Positions 18,414 through 27,231 of a stretch of 57,340 nt of DNA are shown here, in pieces; positions within the stretch are counted from its first letter, which is position 1, and each line of letters starts with the position of its first letter. The position numbers and the translations under genes were made by a program. The stretch is from the IMG/VR virus record IMGVR_UViG_3300012001_000138, positions 1 through 57,340 of that record; one strand, 5' to 3'. This DNA comes from a virus. Lineage: Duplodnaviria > Caudoviricetes. The notes under the pieces are model-generated. The model saw only the letters and a list, made by a program, of their open reading frames with translations, made no database searches and was not told the DNA's origin.

Positions 18414-19253
18414 GTGGCTGAGTGCCAGTACTGCGAGTCCACCGTCCGGGACGACCGGACCCTCTGCCCGGTCTGCACGGCGTTCCTCCACACCCTCCTC
18501 TCCCAAGTCCCCGGCATCCTTGAGGAGCTCGACGTCGCCCTGACCCGGCAAGCCCGGCTGCGCCCCGTGAAGGGAGCGGCTGTACTGGACGCGGTGGAGC
18601 TCCCCTACAACCTGTCCGCGGCGGAGGCTGCCCGGAACATCAGGACGATGCTGCTGCCGTGGGTCCGTGTGGTGCATGTTGGGACGGGCGCCCCCTACCA
18701 GCCCAAGACGTCCACCGCAGCCCTCGCAAGGGGTTTGTGGAACTGGCGGGCGTGGCTGTCCCGCCACCACGAGGCAGGCCGCCTCCTCACCGAGCTCACC
18801 GGCGTCGTGGAGGACGTCCGGCGCATCATCGACACCCGCGTCGAGAAGGTATTCGTCGGGTCCTGCCGGTCGATCTTCAACTCCGAAGGGGAGCGCCAAC
18901 ACGCCTGCCCCGAGCACATGTACGCCCCCGCCCGCAACGTCGAGTTCACCTGCGGGAAGTGCGGGACCGTCCACCACGTCAAGACCCGGCAGCAGCAGGC
19001 CATCGCCGCCTCAGAGAACCGCGTCCTACCCCCGCAGACCATCGCCCGGGCCCTCACCCGCAACGGGGAGGCCCTGAGCGTGGAGCGGCTCTACAACTGG
19101 GTCAAACGCGGCCTCCTCAAACCCGCAGCCATCGACCCCACCAGCAAGCGGAAGCTCTACCGTGTCGGGGACGTCCGCGACGTCATGATCGCCACCGACG
19201 CCTCCCCCAACAACCCCCGCAAAGCACTCACCGAAATGAGGGACGCCGCATGA
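18414..19253 (+). CDS. Zn-finger + C-terminal HTH regulator (candidate late-gene activator)
   Basis: CQYC..CPVC, CGKC, ERLYNWVKRGLL...LYRVGDV; lies at the early/late boundary. Confidence 0.7.
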   Translation: MAECQYCESTVRDDRTLCPVCTAFLHTLLSQVPGILEELDVALTRQARLRPVKGAAVLDAVELPYNLSAAEAARNIRTMLLPWVRVVHVGTGAPYQPKTSTAALARGLWNWRAWLSRHHEAGRLLTELTGVVEDVRRIIDTRVEKVFVGSCRSIFNSEGERQHACPEHMYAPARNVEFTCGKCGTVHHVKTRQQQAIAASENRVLPPQTIARALTRNGEALSVERLYNWVKRGLLKPAAIDPTSKRKLYRVGDVRDVMIATDASPNNPRKALTEMRDAA

Positions 19254-19504
19254 CGTTCTACCTCCTGACCGCCGCCACCGACCACGAATCCGAGGACCCG
19301 GTATTCCTCGCCGCCACACTGGACGAGGCCAAGGCCGCCGCCCAACTCCCCGGCCCGGGAGCAGGCGCACCGGACGAGTTCTGCATCTACGAGGCCCAGC
19401 CCGGGACCCGGCCGGAGCTAATCCTCTACAACGACGTCAGCCGCACATGGGACGCCGCGACACACCAGACCGTCTACGACCTGAGAGGCTGGACCCCCGC
19501 ATGA
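19250..19504 (+). CDS. Hypothetical protein
   Basis: ATGA overlap; MTFYLLT. Confidence 0.5.
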   Translation: MTFYLLTAATDHESEDPVFLAATLDEAKAAAQLPGPGAGAPDEFCIYEAQPGTRPELILYNDVSRTWDAATHQTVYDLRGWTPA

Positions 19505-19806
19505 CGATTGCAGGGACCTTCCGGCACCCGCCCACCCCACCGGCCATCCAAGGCGACTTCGCCCCACTCCGCGTCGCACCACCGGTGACCATCACCGAGT
19601 TCCTACAGACAGCCGCCGAGGAAAACCTGAAGGATTTAGAGAGTTCCGTTGGGGTTCGGTACTTGAATGACCCACTGTTCCACCATCGGGTCATCGTTGG
19701 CGCCCGCATCCTCCATCACCTAATCCCGGACATTGAGCCGCATGTCGCTCGCCGCGCTGCACTACTGGTCATCGCCGCAAGCCAGCAGGAGCCGCTACGA
19801 CCATAG
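19501..19806 (+). CDS. Hypothetical protein
   Basis: ATGA overlap; MTIAGTF. Confidence 0.45.
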   Translation: MTIAGTFRHPPTPPAIQGDFAPLRVAPPVTITEFLQTAAEENLKDLESSVGVRYLNDPLFHHRVIVGARILHHLIPDIEPHVARRAALLVIAASQQEPLRP

Positions 19807-19848
19807 TGGGGTTCCGCCCAGCAGGCACCAACCATCCCGCCTAGTGGG

Positions 19849-19878
19849 TTGCAAAATGGTGTAGGAGTGACCGATACT
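19849..19878 (+). promoter_or_regulatory. Candidate promoter TTGCAA-N18-GATACT upstream of the RNA region and modification operon
   Basis: Consensus-like hexamers in an intergenic region. Confidence 0.45.
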
Positions 19879-19901
19879 GAGCAGGTAGCTTCCCCAGAAA
19901 T

Positions 19902-20041
19902 GGCGTGAAGCTGGCGTGAGTGTCCCGGCCGTCAGGCTAAGCCGGGGACCCCGGACCTCCCTCGCAGAGGAGGACCGTGGCCGACTCGGGCCGGGCTGCA
20001 AACAGTCCGGCCACGGGTAGTGGTTCGAATCCACCAGCGCC
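19902..20041 (+). ncRNA. Structured RNA ending in a tRNA T-arm (possibly a degenerate tRNA-Cys-like element)
   Basis: GTGG-TTCGAAT-CCAC T-arm at 20020-20034; internal GTGGCCGA and CTGCAAA; several GC hairpins; 5' GGCGT could pair with 3' GCGCC. Confidence 0.45.
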
Positions 20042-20115
20042 GGACGGGTAGCTCAGTCGCGGTTAGAGCACGCGAGTAAGATCGCACGACGCAGGTTCAA
20101 GTCCTGCCCCGCCCA
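20042..20115 (+). tRNA. tRNA-like RNA with non-canonical anticodon arm (identity undetermined)
   Basis: Acceptor GGACGGG/CCCGCCC-A; D-arm GCTC..GAGC; T-arm GCAGG-TTCAAGT-CCTGC; anticodon stem GCGA/TCGC with 6-nt loop GTAAGA; no encoded CCA. Confidence 0.7.
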
Positions 20116-20290
20116 CGCACGGGTCCTAACCCCGAGCACAACGGCTACAAGCCACTCTGGGTCGCCTTGGAAGACAGGCGGGCAAAGACTTGGCCGACAA
20201 CTGAATAACTCAAACAACACGCAGGGCCCCGGCAGACTTCCACCAGCCGGGGCCCTTCCGTTTGCCCACCGATCCCCCGGAGGAACCCCC

Positions 20291-20542
20291 GTGCCCCTAC
20301 GCACCCACCACCTCAGCATCACCGGCACCGACGGCATCGGCGCCACGACCACCGTCCTTATCGACGGGGAACCGGCCCGCGCCCTCACCGGCCTCACCCT
20401 CACCATTGACGCGGACTCACTCACCCGCGCCGAACTGCAGCTCGTCATGACGCCCGTACAGGTGGACGTCGACGCCGTGGTCACCCTGCTCCCGGACACC
20501 GTGGCCCAGCTCATCGCGCTCGGCTGGACCCCGCCAGCATGA
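20291..20542 (+). CDS. Hypothetical protein
   Basis: GGAGGA RBS. Confidence 0.6.
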   Translation: MPLRTHHLSITGTDGIGATTTVLIDGEPARALTGLTLTIDADSLTRAELQLVMTPVQVDVDAVVTLLPDTVAQLIALGWTPPA

Positions 20543-20721
20543 GGGCCCTCCTGATCGTCGCCCTGTATGCCGCGGTTGGCGCCCTGATCGGCTGTGCCAT
20601 CGGCGGCCTCCTGAACACCTTCGCCCTCCCCCACCTGACCACCACCGAACGCGGCGTCCTCTGCGTCATGCTCGCCCTCCTCTACGCCGTCTGGCTCGGC
20701 TGCCGCCGGGACAAATGGTGA
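20539..20721 (+). CDS. Small two-TM membrane protein
   Basis: Hydrophobic; ATGA overlap. Confidence 0.5.
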   Translation: MRALLIVALYAAVGALIGCAIGGLLNTFALPHLTTTERGVLCVMLALLYAVWLGCRRDKW

Positions 20722-20817
20722 CCCCCGAGACCGCGACCATCTACTTCCTGCTGGTCGCACTCATCGGTGCCCTCGTCCTCCTCTACAACCCCGAACCACC
20801 CACCGCCTAGGAGCCCC

Positions 20818-21405
20818 ATGACCGCCGCGCCCACCCGCCTCACCCACGAACTCACCATCGAATACGTCCCCCTCACCAACCTCTCCACCTACCCCGGGAA
20901 CGCCCGCCTCGGCGACGTGGACGCCATCGCCGAATCCATGGACGAGAACGGCATCTTCGACGCCATCGTCGTCCAACGCTCCACCGGCTACGTCCTCGAC
21001 GGGAACCACCGCTACCTCGCCATGACCCAGATGGGGGAGGAGCAGGCCCCCGTCATTTACGTGGACGTGGACGACGAACGGGCCAAACGCATCGTCCTCG
21101 TCGCTAACCGGACCAACGACCTCGCCACCTACGACAACACCGCGCTCATCGCCCTCCTGCAGGACCTCCCCGACCTCGTGGGCACCGGCTTCGAAGATGA
21201 CGACCTGTCCGCCCTCATCGCGCTCAACGAGGACGACACCGACTGGGACGACGAGGACCTCCAAGACACCCTCAACGACGCCGACAAAGCAGGCTGGCCC
21301 GTGCTGCGCATCCAGATCGACCCCACGTCCAAGGAACAGTTCGACTCGATCCCCGGCGAAGACGACGTCGCCCGGTTCTACTACCTCCTCGAACAGGCCC
21401 TCTAA
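20818..21405 (+). CDS. ParB/Srx-like N-terminal domain protein associated with the DNA-modification locus
   Basis: YPGNAR.GDVDAIAESM, IVVQRSTGYVLDGNHRY, LVANRTNDLATYD; acidic C-terminus. Confidence 0.85.
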   Translation: MTAAPTRLTHELTIEYVPLTNLSTYPGNARLGDVDAIAESMDENGIFDAIVVQRSTGYVLDGNHRYLAMTQMGEEQAPVIYVDVDDERAKRIVLVANRTNDLATYDNTALIALLQDLPDLVGTGFEDDDLSALIALNEDDTDWDDEDLQDTLNDADKAGWPVLRIQIDPTSKEQFDSIPGEDDVARFYYLLEQAL

Positions 21406-22350
21406 GTGGGTGTCAACGTCCTGCTCTCCTACGCCTTCCACGACAAGACCGACCTCGCCAAGGTCCGCAAGTCCCTCGTGTGCGGGCGCATGATGATCGA
21501 CTCCGGCGCGTTCACCGCCTACACCACGGGCAAGACCATCCACCTCAAGGACTACGCCGAGTACTTGGAGACGTGGCGTGGGCAGTGGGACCATGCCGTC
21601 ACCCTCGACGTCATCGGCGACCCGGCCGGGTCCAAGCGGCAGACCACCAAGCTCCATGCCATGGGCCTGCCCGTGATGCCGGTGTTCACCCGGGGCGAGT
21701 CCATCAAGGAGTTCGACGCCATGGTCAAAGACGTCGGCTACGTCTGCGTCGGCGGCATGGTCGGCCTACCCCCGGCCATCGTGGAGAAAAGGACCGCGCT
21801 CCTGCAGCGCAGGGCTGAACAGAACGGCGGCGGCATCCACGCCCTCGGCGTCGGCGCGATCCCCACCCTGCGCCGCGCCAAGCCCTACAGCGCGGACGCC
21901 TCCAACGTCTCCGGGGCGTTCCGGTTCGGGACCATCCTCTGCTTCGACGGGGAACGGGTCATCAACATGCCCGTGAGCGACAAGGCCAAGCTGCGCAAGC
22001 ACGCCGACCACCTCGCCGCCCACGACATTGACGTCGCCAAACTCGCCACCACCGGCAGGATGCCCTCTGGTTCCACGGGACGCCCGGAGCTCATGCGCGG
22101 CATGTCCCTGTCCTACGCCGCGGCCGATGAATGGCTCAAGCCCCGCACCAAGGCGCCCGTCCCCCACGGGACCACGGACGTCCCCGGCACCCATCTCTAC
22201 TCCTCAATCGTGGCAGGGTTCCTGCTGGACCCTGCCACGGCCCTCGACAAGGAACTCCACGAGGGCTACAACCCGCGCATCTGGGCCCGCCACGGCCGCA
22301 ACCACCAATGCCACCCCCAACACCGCCGCAGCATCCCCGCTGCGGCCTGA
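21406..22350 (+). CDS. dpdA: DpdA/TGT-fold guanine transglycosylase (divergent)
   Basis: MIDSGAFT, LDVIGD, YVCVGG, IHALG, YSADAS; directly upstream of queCDE-folE. Confidence 0.7.
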   Translation: MGVNVLLSYAFHDKTDLAKVRKSLVCGRMMIDSGAFTAYTTGKTIHLKDYAEYLETWRGQWDHAVTLDVIGDPAGSKRQTTKLHAMGLPVMPVFTRGESIKEFDAMVKDVGYVCVGGMVGLPPAIVEKRTALLQRRAEQNGGGIHALGVGAIPTLRRAKPYSADASNVSGAFRFGTILCFDGERVINMPVSDKAKLRKHADHLAAHDIDVAKLATTGRMPSGSTGRPELMRGMSLSYAAADEWLKPRTKAPVPHGTTDVPGTHLYSSIVAGFLLDPATALDKELHEGYNPRIWARHGRNHQCHPQHRRSIPAAA

Positions 22351-22368
22351 CCAACCGAAGGAAACTCG

Positions 22369-23073
22369 ATGTCAAACCACCCACCCATCCTGATCGCACG
22401 GCTCAAGAAGCAGGTCGTCCTCCTCTCCGGCGGCATGGACTCCACCACCCTCCTCGCCCTCGCCCTCACCCGCGGCCCCGTCCTCGGCGCCCTGTCCGTG
22501 AACTACGGCCAGCGCCACGCCGTTGAACTGGAGGCAGCCAAGGACGTCGCCGCGTTCTACGGCGTCCCCCACTTCATCCTCGACCTCACGAGCTGGGGCT
22601 CCCTGCTGACCGGCTCAGCCCTGACCGACCCATCCGTGGAGGTCCCCGAGGGTCACTACGCCGCCCCGTCCATGGCCGTCACCGTGGTTCCCAACCGCAA
22701 CGCCACGATGCTCATGGCCGCTGCCGGTGTCGCTGAGTCCCTCGGCGCTGAGGTCGTCCTGACCGCCGTGCACAACGGGGACCACCACGTCTATCCGGAC
22801 TGCCGCCCCGAGTTCATCGCCGCCGCGTCGCTCGCCGCGAACCTTGGCACCGGCGGGGCAGTGTCGATCGATGCCCCGTTCGTGAACGTGTCCAAGACCG
22901 ACATCGCCAAGCTCGGCCACGACCTCGGCGCCCCGCTGCACCTGTCGTGGTCCTGCTACAAGGGCGGCACCCGCCACTGCGGCGCCTGCGGGACGTGCGT
23001 GGAACGCCGTGAAGCGTTCACCGACTCCGGTGTCACCGACCCCACCATCTACCTCACAGGAGCCACAGCATGA
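22369..23073 (+). CDS. queC: 7-cyano-7-deazaguanine (preQ0) synthase
   Basis: LSGGMDSTT, YGQRH, VPNRN, YPDCRPEF, WSCY..CGACGTC. Confidence 0.95.
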   Translation: MSNHPPILIARLKKQVVLLSGGMDSTTLLALALTRGPVLGALSVNYGQRHAVELEAAKDVAAFYGVPHFILDLTSWGSLLTGSALTDPSVEVPEGHYAAPSMAVTVVPNRNATMLMAAAGVAESLGAEVVLTAVHNGDHHVYPDCRPEFIAAASLAANLGTGGAVSIDAPFVNVSKTDIAKLGHDLGAPLHLSWSCYKGGTRHCGACGTCVERREAFTDSGVTDPTIYLTGATA

Positions 23074-23471
23074 CCCGCATTTACGCCACCATCTCCAAGG
23101 AGTTCGCGTTCAGCAGCTCCCACCAGCTCGACGGGCTCCCGGAGGACCACCCGTGCTCCCGGATGCACGGCCACAACTACGCCGTCAAGCTGTCCCTCTC
23201 CGGGGAGCTGGACGCCACCGGGTTCGTCATGGATTACCGGGCGCTCGCCCCGTTCAAGGACTACCTCGACGGGGACCTTGACCACCGGCACCTCAACGAT
23301 GTTCTTGGGTTCCAGCCGACGGCGGAGAACATGGCCAGTCACCTCGCGCACATGGCCGAGAACCTCCTGCCCCTGCCGGACTCCGTGGGGCACGTGGCGA
23401 TCAGCGTCTCCGAGACGCCGAAGACGTGGGCCACGGTCAACGTGTTCCGTCATGTGGAGAGGAACCTGTGA
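23070..23471 (+). CDS. queD: 6-carboxy-tetrahydropterin synthase
   Basis: FSSSHQL, CSRMHGHNY, PTAENMA, ETPKTWA. Confidence 0.95.
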   Translation: MTRIYATISKEFAFSSSHQLDGLPEDHPCSRMHGHNYAVKLSLSGELDATGFVMDYRALAPFKDYLDGDLDHRHLNDVLGFQPTAENMASHLAHMAENLLPLPDSVGHVAISVSETPKTWATVNVFRHVERNL

Positions 23472-24211
23472 GCGCCCCGGCCATGCTTGACCTGACCCCG
23501 TCCGAGGGGGCCCCGCGGCTGCCGTTTGTGGAAGCGTTCGGGCCGACCCTGCAGGGCGAAGGGCCCGCCGCGGGCCGGGCCTCGTCCTTCGTGCGTTTCG
23601 GTGGCTGCAACCTGTCCTGCTCGTGGTGTGACAGCCCCTACACGTGGGACGCGGAACGGTTCGACCTCCGCAAGGAAATCGCCCTCCTGTCCCCGGAGGA
23701 CATCGTCGCGCGCATCCCGGACGCGCCCCTCGTCATCGTCACCGGCGGCGAGCCGCTGCTGAATCAGCGGCATAAGGCGTGGGAGCAATTCCTGTTCCTG
23801 CTCCGGCAGCGGTTCGCCTACGTCCACATCGAAACGAACGGGACCATCGTCCCCAACGACGTCACGCTCGCCTACGTGGACACCTTCATCGTGTCCCCCA
23901 AGCAGGCCCACGCCGGGGAGCACAAACGCACCCAGAACCCGGCGCTGAATGTTGGCTGGTCCAAGCTTCACGACGACTACGAGGCGCACCTCAAGATCGT
24001 GGTCGAGGACGCCGCCGGAGTCGATGCCGCGGTCGAGCTGGCCATGAATCACCACTGGCCCAAGGACCGGGTCTGGGTCATGCCCGAAGGGACCACCGCG
24101 GACGTCCTCAACGCCCGCTTCCCGGAGGTCGCCACCGCCGCGGCCGAACACCACATCAACGCATCCCACCGCCTGCACGTGCTGGCGTGGACCGACGTAA
24201 GGGGCCACTAA
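23468..24211 (+). CDS. queE: 7-carboxy-7-deazaguanine synthase (radical SAM)
   Basis: TLQGEG, RFGGCNLSCSWCDSPYTW, TGGEPL, IETNGT, VSPK. Confidence 0.95.
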   Translation: MSAPAMLDLTPSEGAPRLPFVEAFGPTLQGEGPAAGRASSFVRFGGCNLSCSWCDSPYTWDAERFDLRKEIALLSPEDIVARIPDAPLVIVTGGEPLLNQRHKAWEQFLFLLRQRFAYVHIETNGTIVPNDVTLAYVDTFIVSPKQAHAGEHKRTQNPALNVGWSKLHDDYEAHLKIVVEDAAGVDAAVELAMNHHWPKDRVWVMPEGTTADVLNARFPEVATAAAEHHINASHRLHVLAWTDVRGH

Positions 24212-24820
24212 GTGACCAACCCTCACATCATCGACCTCGACGCCCGCCGGTTCACCAACAGGGACCCCGTGGCTGAGGCTGTCCGGGAACTCCTGTACGC
24301 GCTCGGCGTGGACGAGGGCGACCACACGGCCGACACCCCGGCCCGTGTGGCGAAGTCGTGGCGGGCCCAGCTCGCCGGATACAACGAGGACCCGGCCGTC
24401 CACCTTGAGAAGCAGTTCAGCGCCCCCGGCCAGCCCGGCCTCGTGGCCGTCCACGGCATCCGGTTCGCCTCCACCTGCGCACACCACCTGCTCCCCATCA
24501 CGGGGACCGCGACCATCGCCTACAGGGCCAAGGACGGAGGCGACGTCGTGGGCCTGTCCAAGCTCGCCCGCGTCCTCGAAGGGTATGCCAAACGGCTACA
24601 GGTACAGGAACGCCTCGGCGCGCAGGTCGCGGACGCCATCGTGGACAAACTGGACCCCGTCGGCGCGGCCGTCATCATCACGGCCGAGCACGGGTGCATG
24701 ACCGTCCGCGGCGTCAACCAGCCCACCGCGGCAACGACCACCATCGCCACCCGGGGCCAATGGGATGAGTTCAACCCCGAACTCGCCCACCTCATCGCCA
24801 TCCACCACAAAAACAGCTAG
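24212..24820 (+). CDS. folE: GTP cyclohydrolase I
   Basis: TPARVAK, STCAHHLLP, VGLSKLAR, RLQVQERL, HGCMTVRGV. Confidence 0.95.
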   Translation: MTNPHIIDLDARRFTNRDPVAEAVRELLYALGVDEGDHTADTPARVAKSWRAQLAGYNEDPAVHLEKQFSAPGQPGLVAVHGIRFASTCAHHLLPITGTATIAYRAKDGGDVVGLSKLARVLEGYAKRLQVQERLGAQVADAIVDKLDPVGAAVIITAEHGCMTVRGVNQPTAATTTIATRGQWDEFNPELAHLIAIHHKNS

Positions 24821-24827
24821 GAGCATC

Positions 24828-25061
24828 ATGAGCAAGATCACCGCAGTAGCAAGCCTGTACACCAAAAAAGACGCAGGTAACGGGCAGACGGCCCTCGCAT
24901 TCGGAGCGGACTACAACGACGAGCGGAATAAGGAGTGGGCGAAGTACACGCCCGGGCTGTCCGTTCAAATGACGGTCCTCGACTCTGTGGGCGAGCAGTT
25001 CGAGCAGGGCGGCCGCTACCTGCTCACCTTCGAGCGCGCCGACGCCCCTGTAAGCGCCTAA
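24828..25061 (+). CDS. Small phage protein
   Basis: AGGAG RBS; NKEWAKYTPG...GGRYLLTF. Confidence 0.65.
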   Translation: MSKITAVASLYTKKDAGNGQTALAFGADYNDERNKEWAKYTPGLSVQMTVLDSVGEQFEQGGRYLLTFERADAPVSA

Positions 25062-25066
25062 AACAG

Positions 25067-25101
25067 AGCATCCCCTCCCGGAATACCCGGGAGGGGATGC
25101 T
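25067..25101. terminator. Perfect 15-bp hairpin between convergent units
   Basis: AGCATCCCCTCCCGG-AATAC-CCGGGAGGGGATGCT. Confidence 0.7.
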
Positions 25102-25167
25102 AGGCGCTGCTGGGCCCGAAAGCGGGCCGGACAGCACAAACCAAATTGAATCTCTGGAACCGCCAGT

Positions 25168-25419
25168 CTACCGGCGCTTCTGACGGACACCGCCACCGGC
25201 GCCACGGCCGGGACGCTTCTTGATCCACGCCTCAATCGTCTTGGCCTGCCACGCCGGGGACAGCCCGATGGTGAAGTCCGGCTCGGGAATGTCCCCCGGG
25301 CGCGGGGCACCTGCGGCGCGGTGGGCGCGCGCCTTCGCAAGGTAGGTCCGGACGGCCCGAATATCGACGCCGATCCTTTCCGCGACCTGCTCATAGCCCC
25401 ATAACTTAGGTTTAGACAT
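25168..25419 (-). CDS. Small AlpA/MerR-like HTH protein
   Basis: YEQVAERIGVDIRAVRTY...PEPDFTIGLSPAWQAKTIEAW; possibly leaderless (TACCGT 6 nt before ATG). Confidence 0.7.
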   Translation of the reverse strand: MSKPKLWGYEQVAERIGVDIRAVRTYLAKARAHRAAGAPRPGDIPEPDFTIGLSPAWQAKTIEAWIKKRPGRGAGGGVRQKRR

Positions 25420-25503
25420 AACACCACGGTAGCCCACCACGGGCCTCCCTTCAAAGACGGAGGGGCGGCGCCCGACCGGACACCGCCCCCACTGACTGGC
25501 TGG

Positions 25504-26499
25504 TTAGACGCTGAGGAGCTGGAAGGCCTTGGCCTTGACCTCAACACCCTTCTCGCCGATAGCCCGGGCCGCCCGGGCAGCCTGCACGTCCCCCTTGGCC
25601 CCGCGCACTGGAGCGAAGTAGTCCACGTACTCCGTGACCGCTTGGTAGGCGCCCCAGCGGGTGCCCCTGATCTGCGTGGCCGTCGGGGAATCGTGGAACA
25701 GGCCCATGAGGTCCGTGTGGGTTTGGAGCATCTTGTTCGCGGACGCCTTGTTCTTGGACTCCGTGTCCACCTTGCCGAACGTGCGGTCGATGAGGTCCTT
25801 GAACTGGGCGTCGGTGATGGAGGCCTGAATCATCTTCTCGGCCTCCTGCTGGAACCCGTCGATGTACTTGAAGGACAGTCCCAGCGCCTCGCGGGCCGCC
25901 GCCATGGCCTGTGCGTGGTTCTTGGTGTGCCGGATGCTGACCGCGGACACGGCGCCCTTGATGGCCGCTGCCTGCGTGTTGGCGCAGACGATCCGGACCG
26001 GGGTGACGAGGAGCTTGAAGGCGCCGCGGCCGTCGTGGCGGTTGCACGCGCTGATGTAGTACTTCATCTCGTCCACGCCGCCGATGGTCATGTGCTCGGG
26101 CATCCGCATGGTCACGAACACTTCCTTGCCGCCGCGGAGGGAACCGGCCGTTTCGAAGTGGGCGCCGGATTCATCGACGAGCGCGTTGAGGAGCTCGCAG
26201 TGGTCTTCGTTCTGGATGGGGGTGTAGGCGCCGCCGACCGGGCCGAGGTACTCCGGCTCGCTGGTGAACGGGTTCGTGCGGACGGTCCCGAAGGCGTTGC
26301 CGGTGTCGAGGACTGTGCCGTCGGGGAGGTGGACTTTCATGGGTTCGCAGCGGACGTCCCAGTCCTTGAGGTGGGCGACTTCCAGCGCGGTTTCGGCGGT
26401 GAAGACGTCCGGGAGGATGGTGCCGAGTTTGTGCCATGCGTCTTCGCGGGCGGAAACGAATGCTGCTTTGGTGCCGTGGGTTTCGATTTCGTGTGCCAT
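25504..26499 (-). CDS. DUF932 / TIGR03299-type phage-plasmid protein
   Basis: MAHEIE, AWHKLG, YTPIQN, FETAGSLRGGKEVF, TPVRIVCANT, IRHT, GTRWGAYQAVTEYVD. Confidence 0.9.
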   Translation of the reverse strand: MAHEIETHGTKAAFVSAREDAWHKLGTILPDVFTAETALEVAHLKDWDVRCEPMKVHLPDGTVLDTGNAFGTVRTNPFTSEPEYLGPVGGAYTPIQNEDHCELLNALVDESGAHFETAGSLRGGKEVFVTMRMPEHMTIGGVDEMKYYISACNRHDGRGAFKLLVTPVRIVCANTQAAAIKGAVSAVSIRHTKNHAQAMAAAREALGLSFKYIDGFQQEAEKMIQASITDAQFKDLIDRTFGKVDTESKNKASANKMLQTHTDLMGLFHDSPTATQIRGTRWGAYQAVTEYVDYFAPVRGAKGDVQAARAARAIGEKGVEVKAKAFQLLSV

Positions 26500-26799
26500 G
26501 GTGTTGCTCCTTCTGTGTGGGCTGGTCGCCCGCTCCTTGGTTGGTAGTAAAACTGTAACACACTTACACCGATAGGGCCTAGCCGGCATCAGCCTCCACG
26601 AAAGATTCAGGCCGGGCGTGATGCATCTCGTCGGGGAACCCCATCGCGTCCACGACCCCGACCCACACCCGCCCCAGTGGGCGCCCCAGCCCCGCCAGAA
26701 AGATGCACTGACGGCACTTGCAGTCCCGCATCCAGACCACCCGGGCCCCGTGCATGTCCTCCAGCGAGCCCCGGTAGACCAGCCCCGCGCCCCGGGCGC

Positions 26800-27231
26800 T
26801 CACGCAGCGCCACCGGACATGCGCGCGATGATGACGTCGCCGGTCAGGTCCGTGTCCGACCACGGGAGCTCCCACCGCTGGACGAACTCCTTGGCGCCCT
26901 CCCGGCCCAACTCCCCGACGTAGACGTCCAGCCCGTAGGACGAACTGACTGCGGCGTTGCGTTCCATGGCGAGCTCCAGCGCACGAAAGTTGGTGATGAG
27001 CTCGACCTCGCGGGCGTCCATAGCGGCATTGTTCTCCATCCATGCCTGCTCCGGCCACTTGCCCGAGTCGGTCAGGGCCGCGAAGTGGGTTCCCCATCCA
27101 ACACTCCACCCCTCCCAGACGGTGTGACCCAGCAGGGGTCGGTGGGCGCAGTGAATGACGTGACCCGGCGCCCATGTCCGGGACGGTGCCCAGCGGTCGC
27201 GGTGGACGTAGAGCTTTTCGATCTGAGCCAT
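26800..27231 (-). CDS. Hypothetical protein
   Basis: GAAAGGAG RBS before ATG. Confidence 0.6.
   Translation of the reverse strand: MAQIEKLYVHRDRWAPSRTWAPGHVIHCAHRPLLGHTVWEGWSVGWGTHFAALTDSGKWPEQAWMENNAAMDAREVELITNFRALELAMERNAAVSSSYGLDVYVGELGREGAKEFVQRWELPWSDTDLTGDVIIARMSGGAA

Noticed and set aside
20818-21405. ParABS plasmid partition system
   Set aside because: No ParA, no HTH or parS evident; context is the DNA-modification locus.
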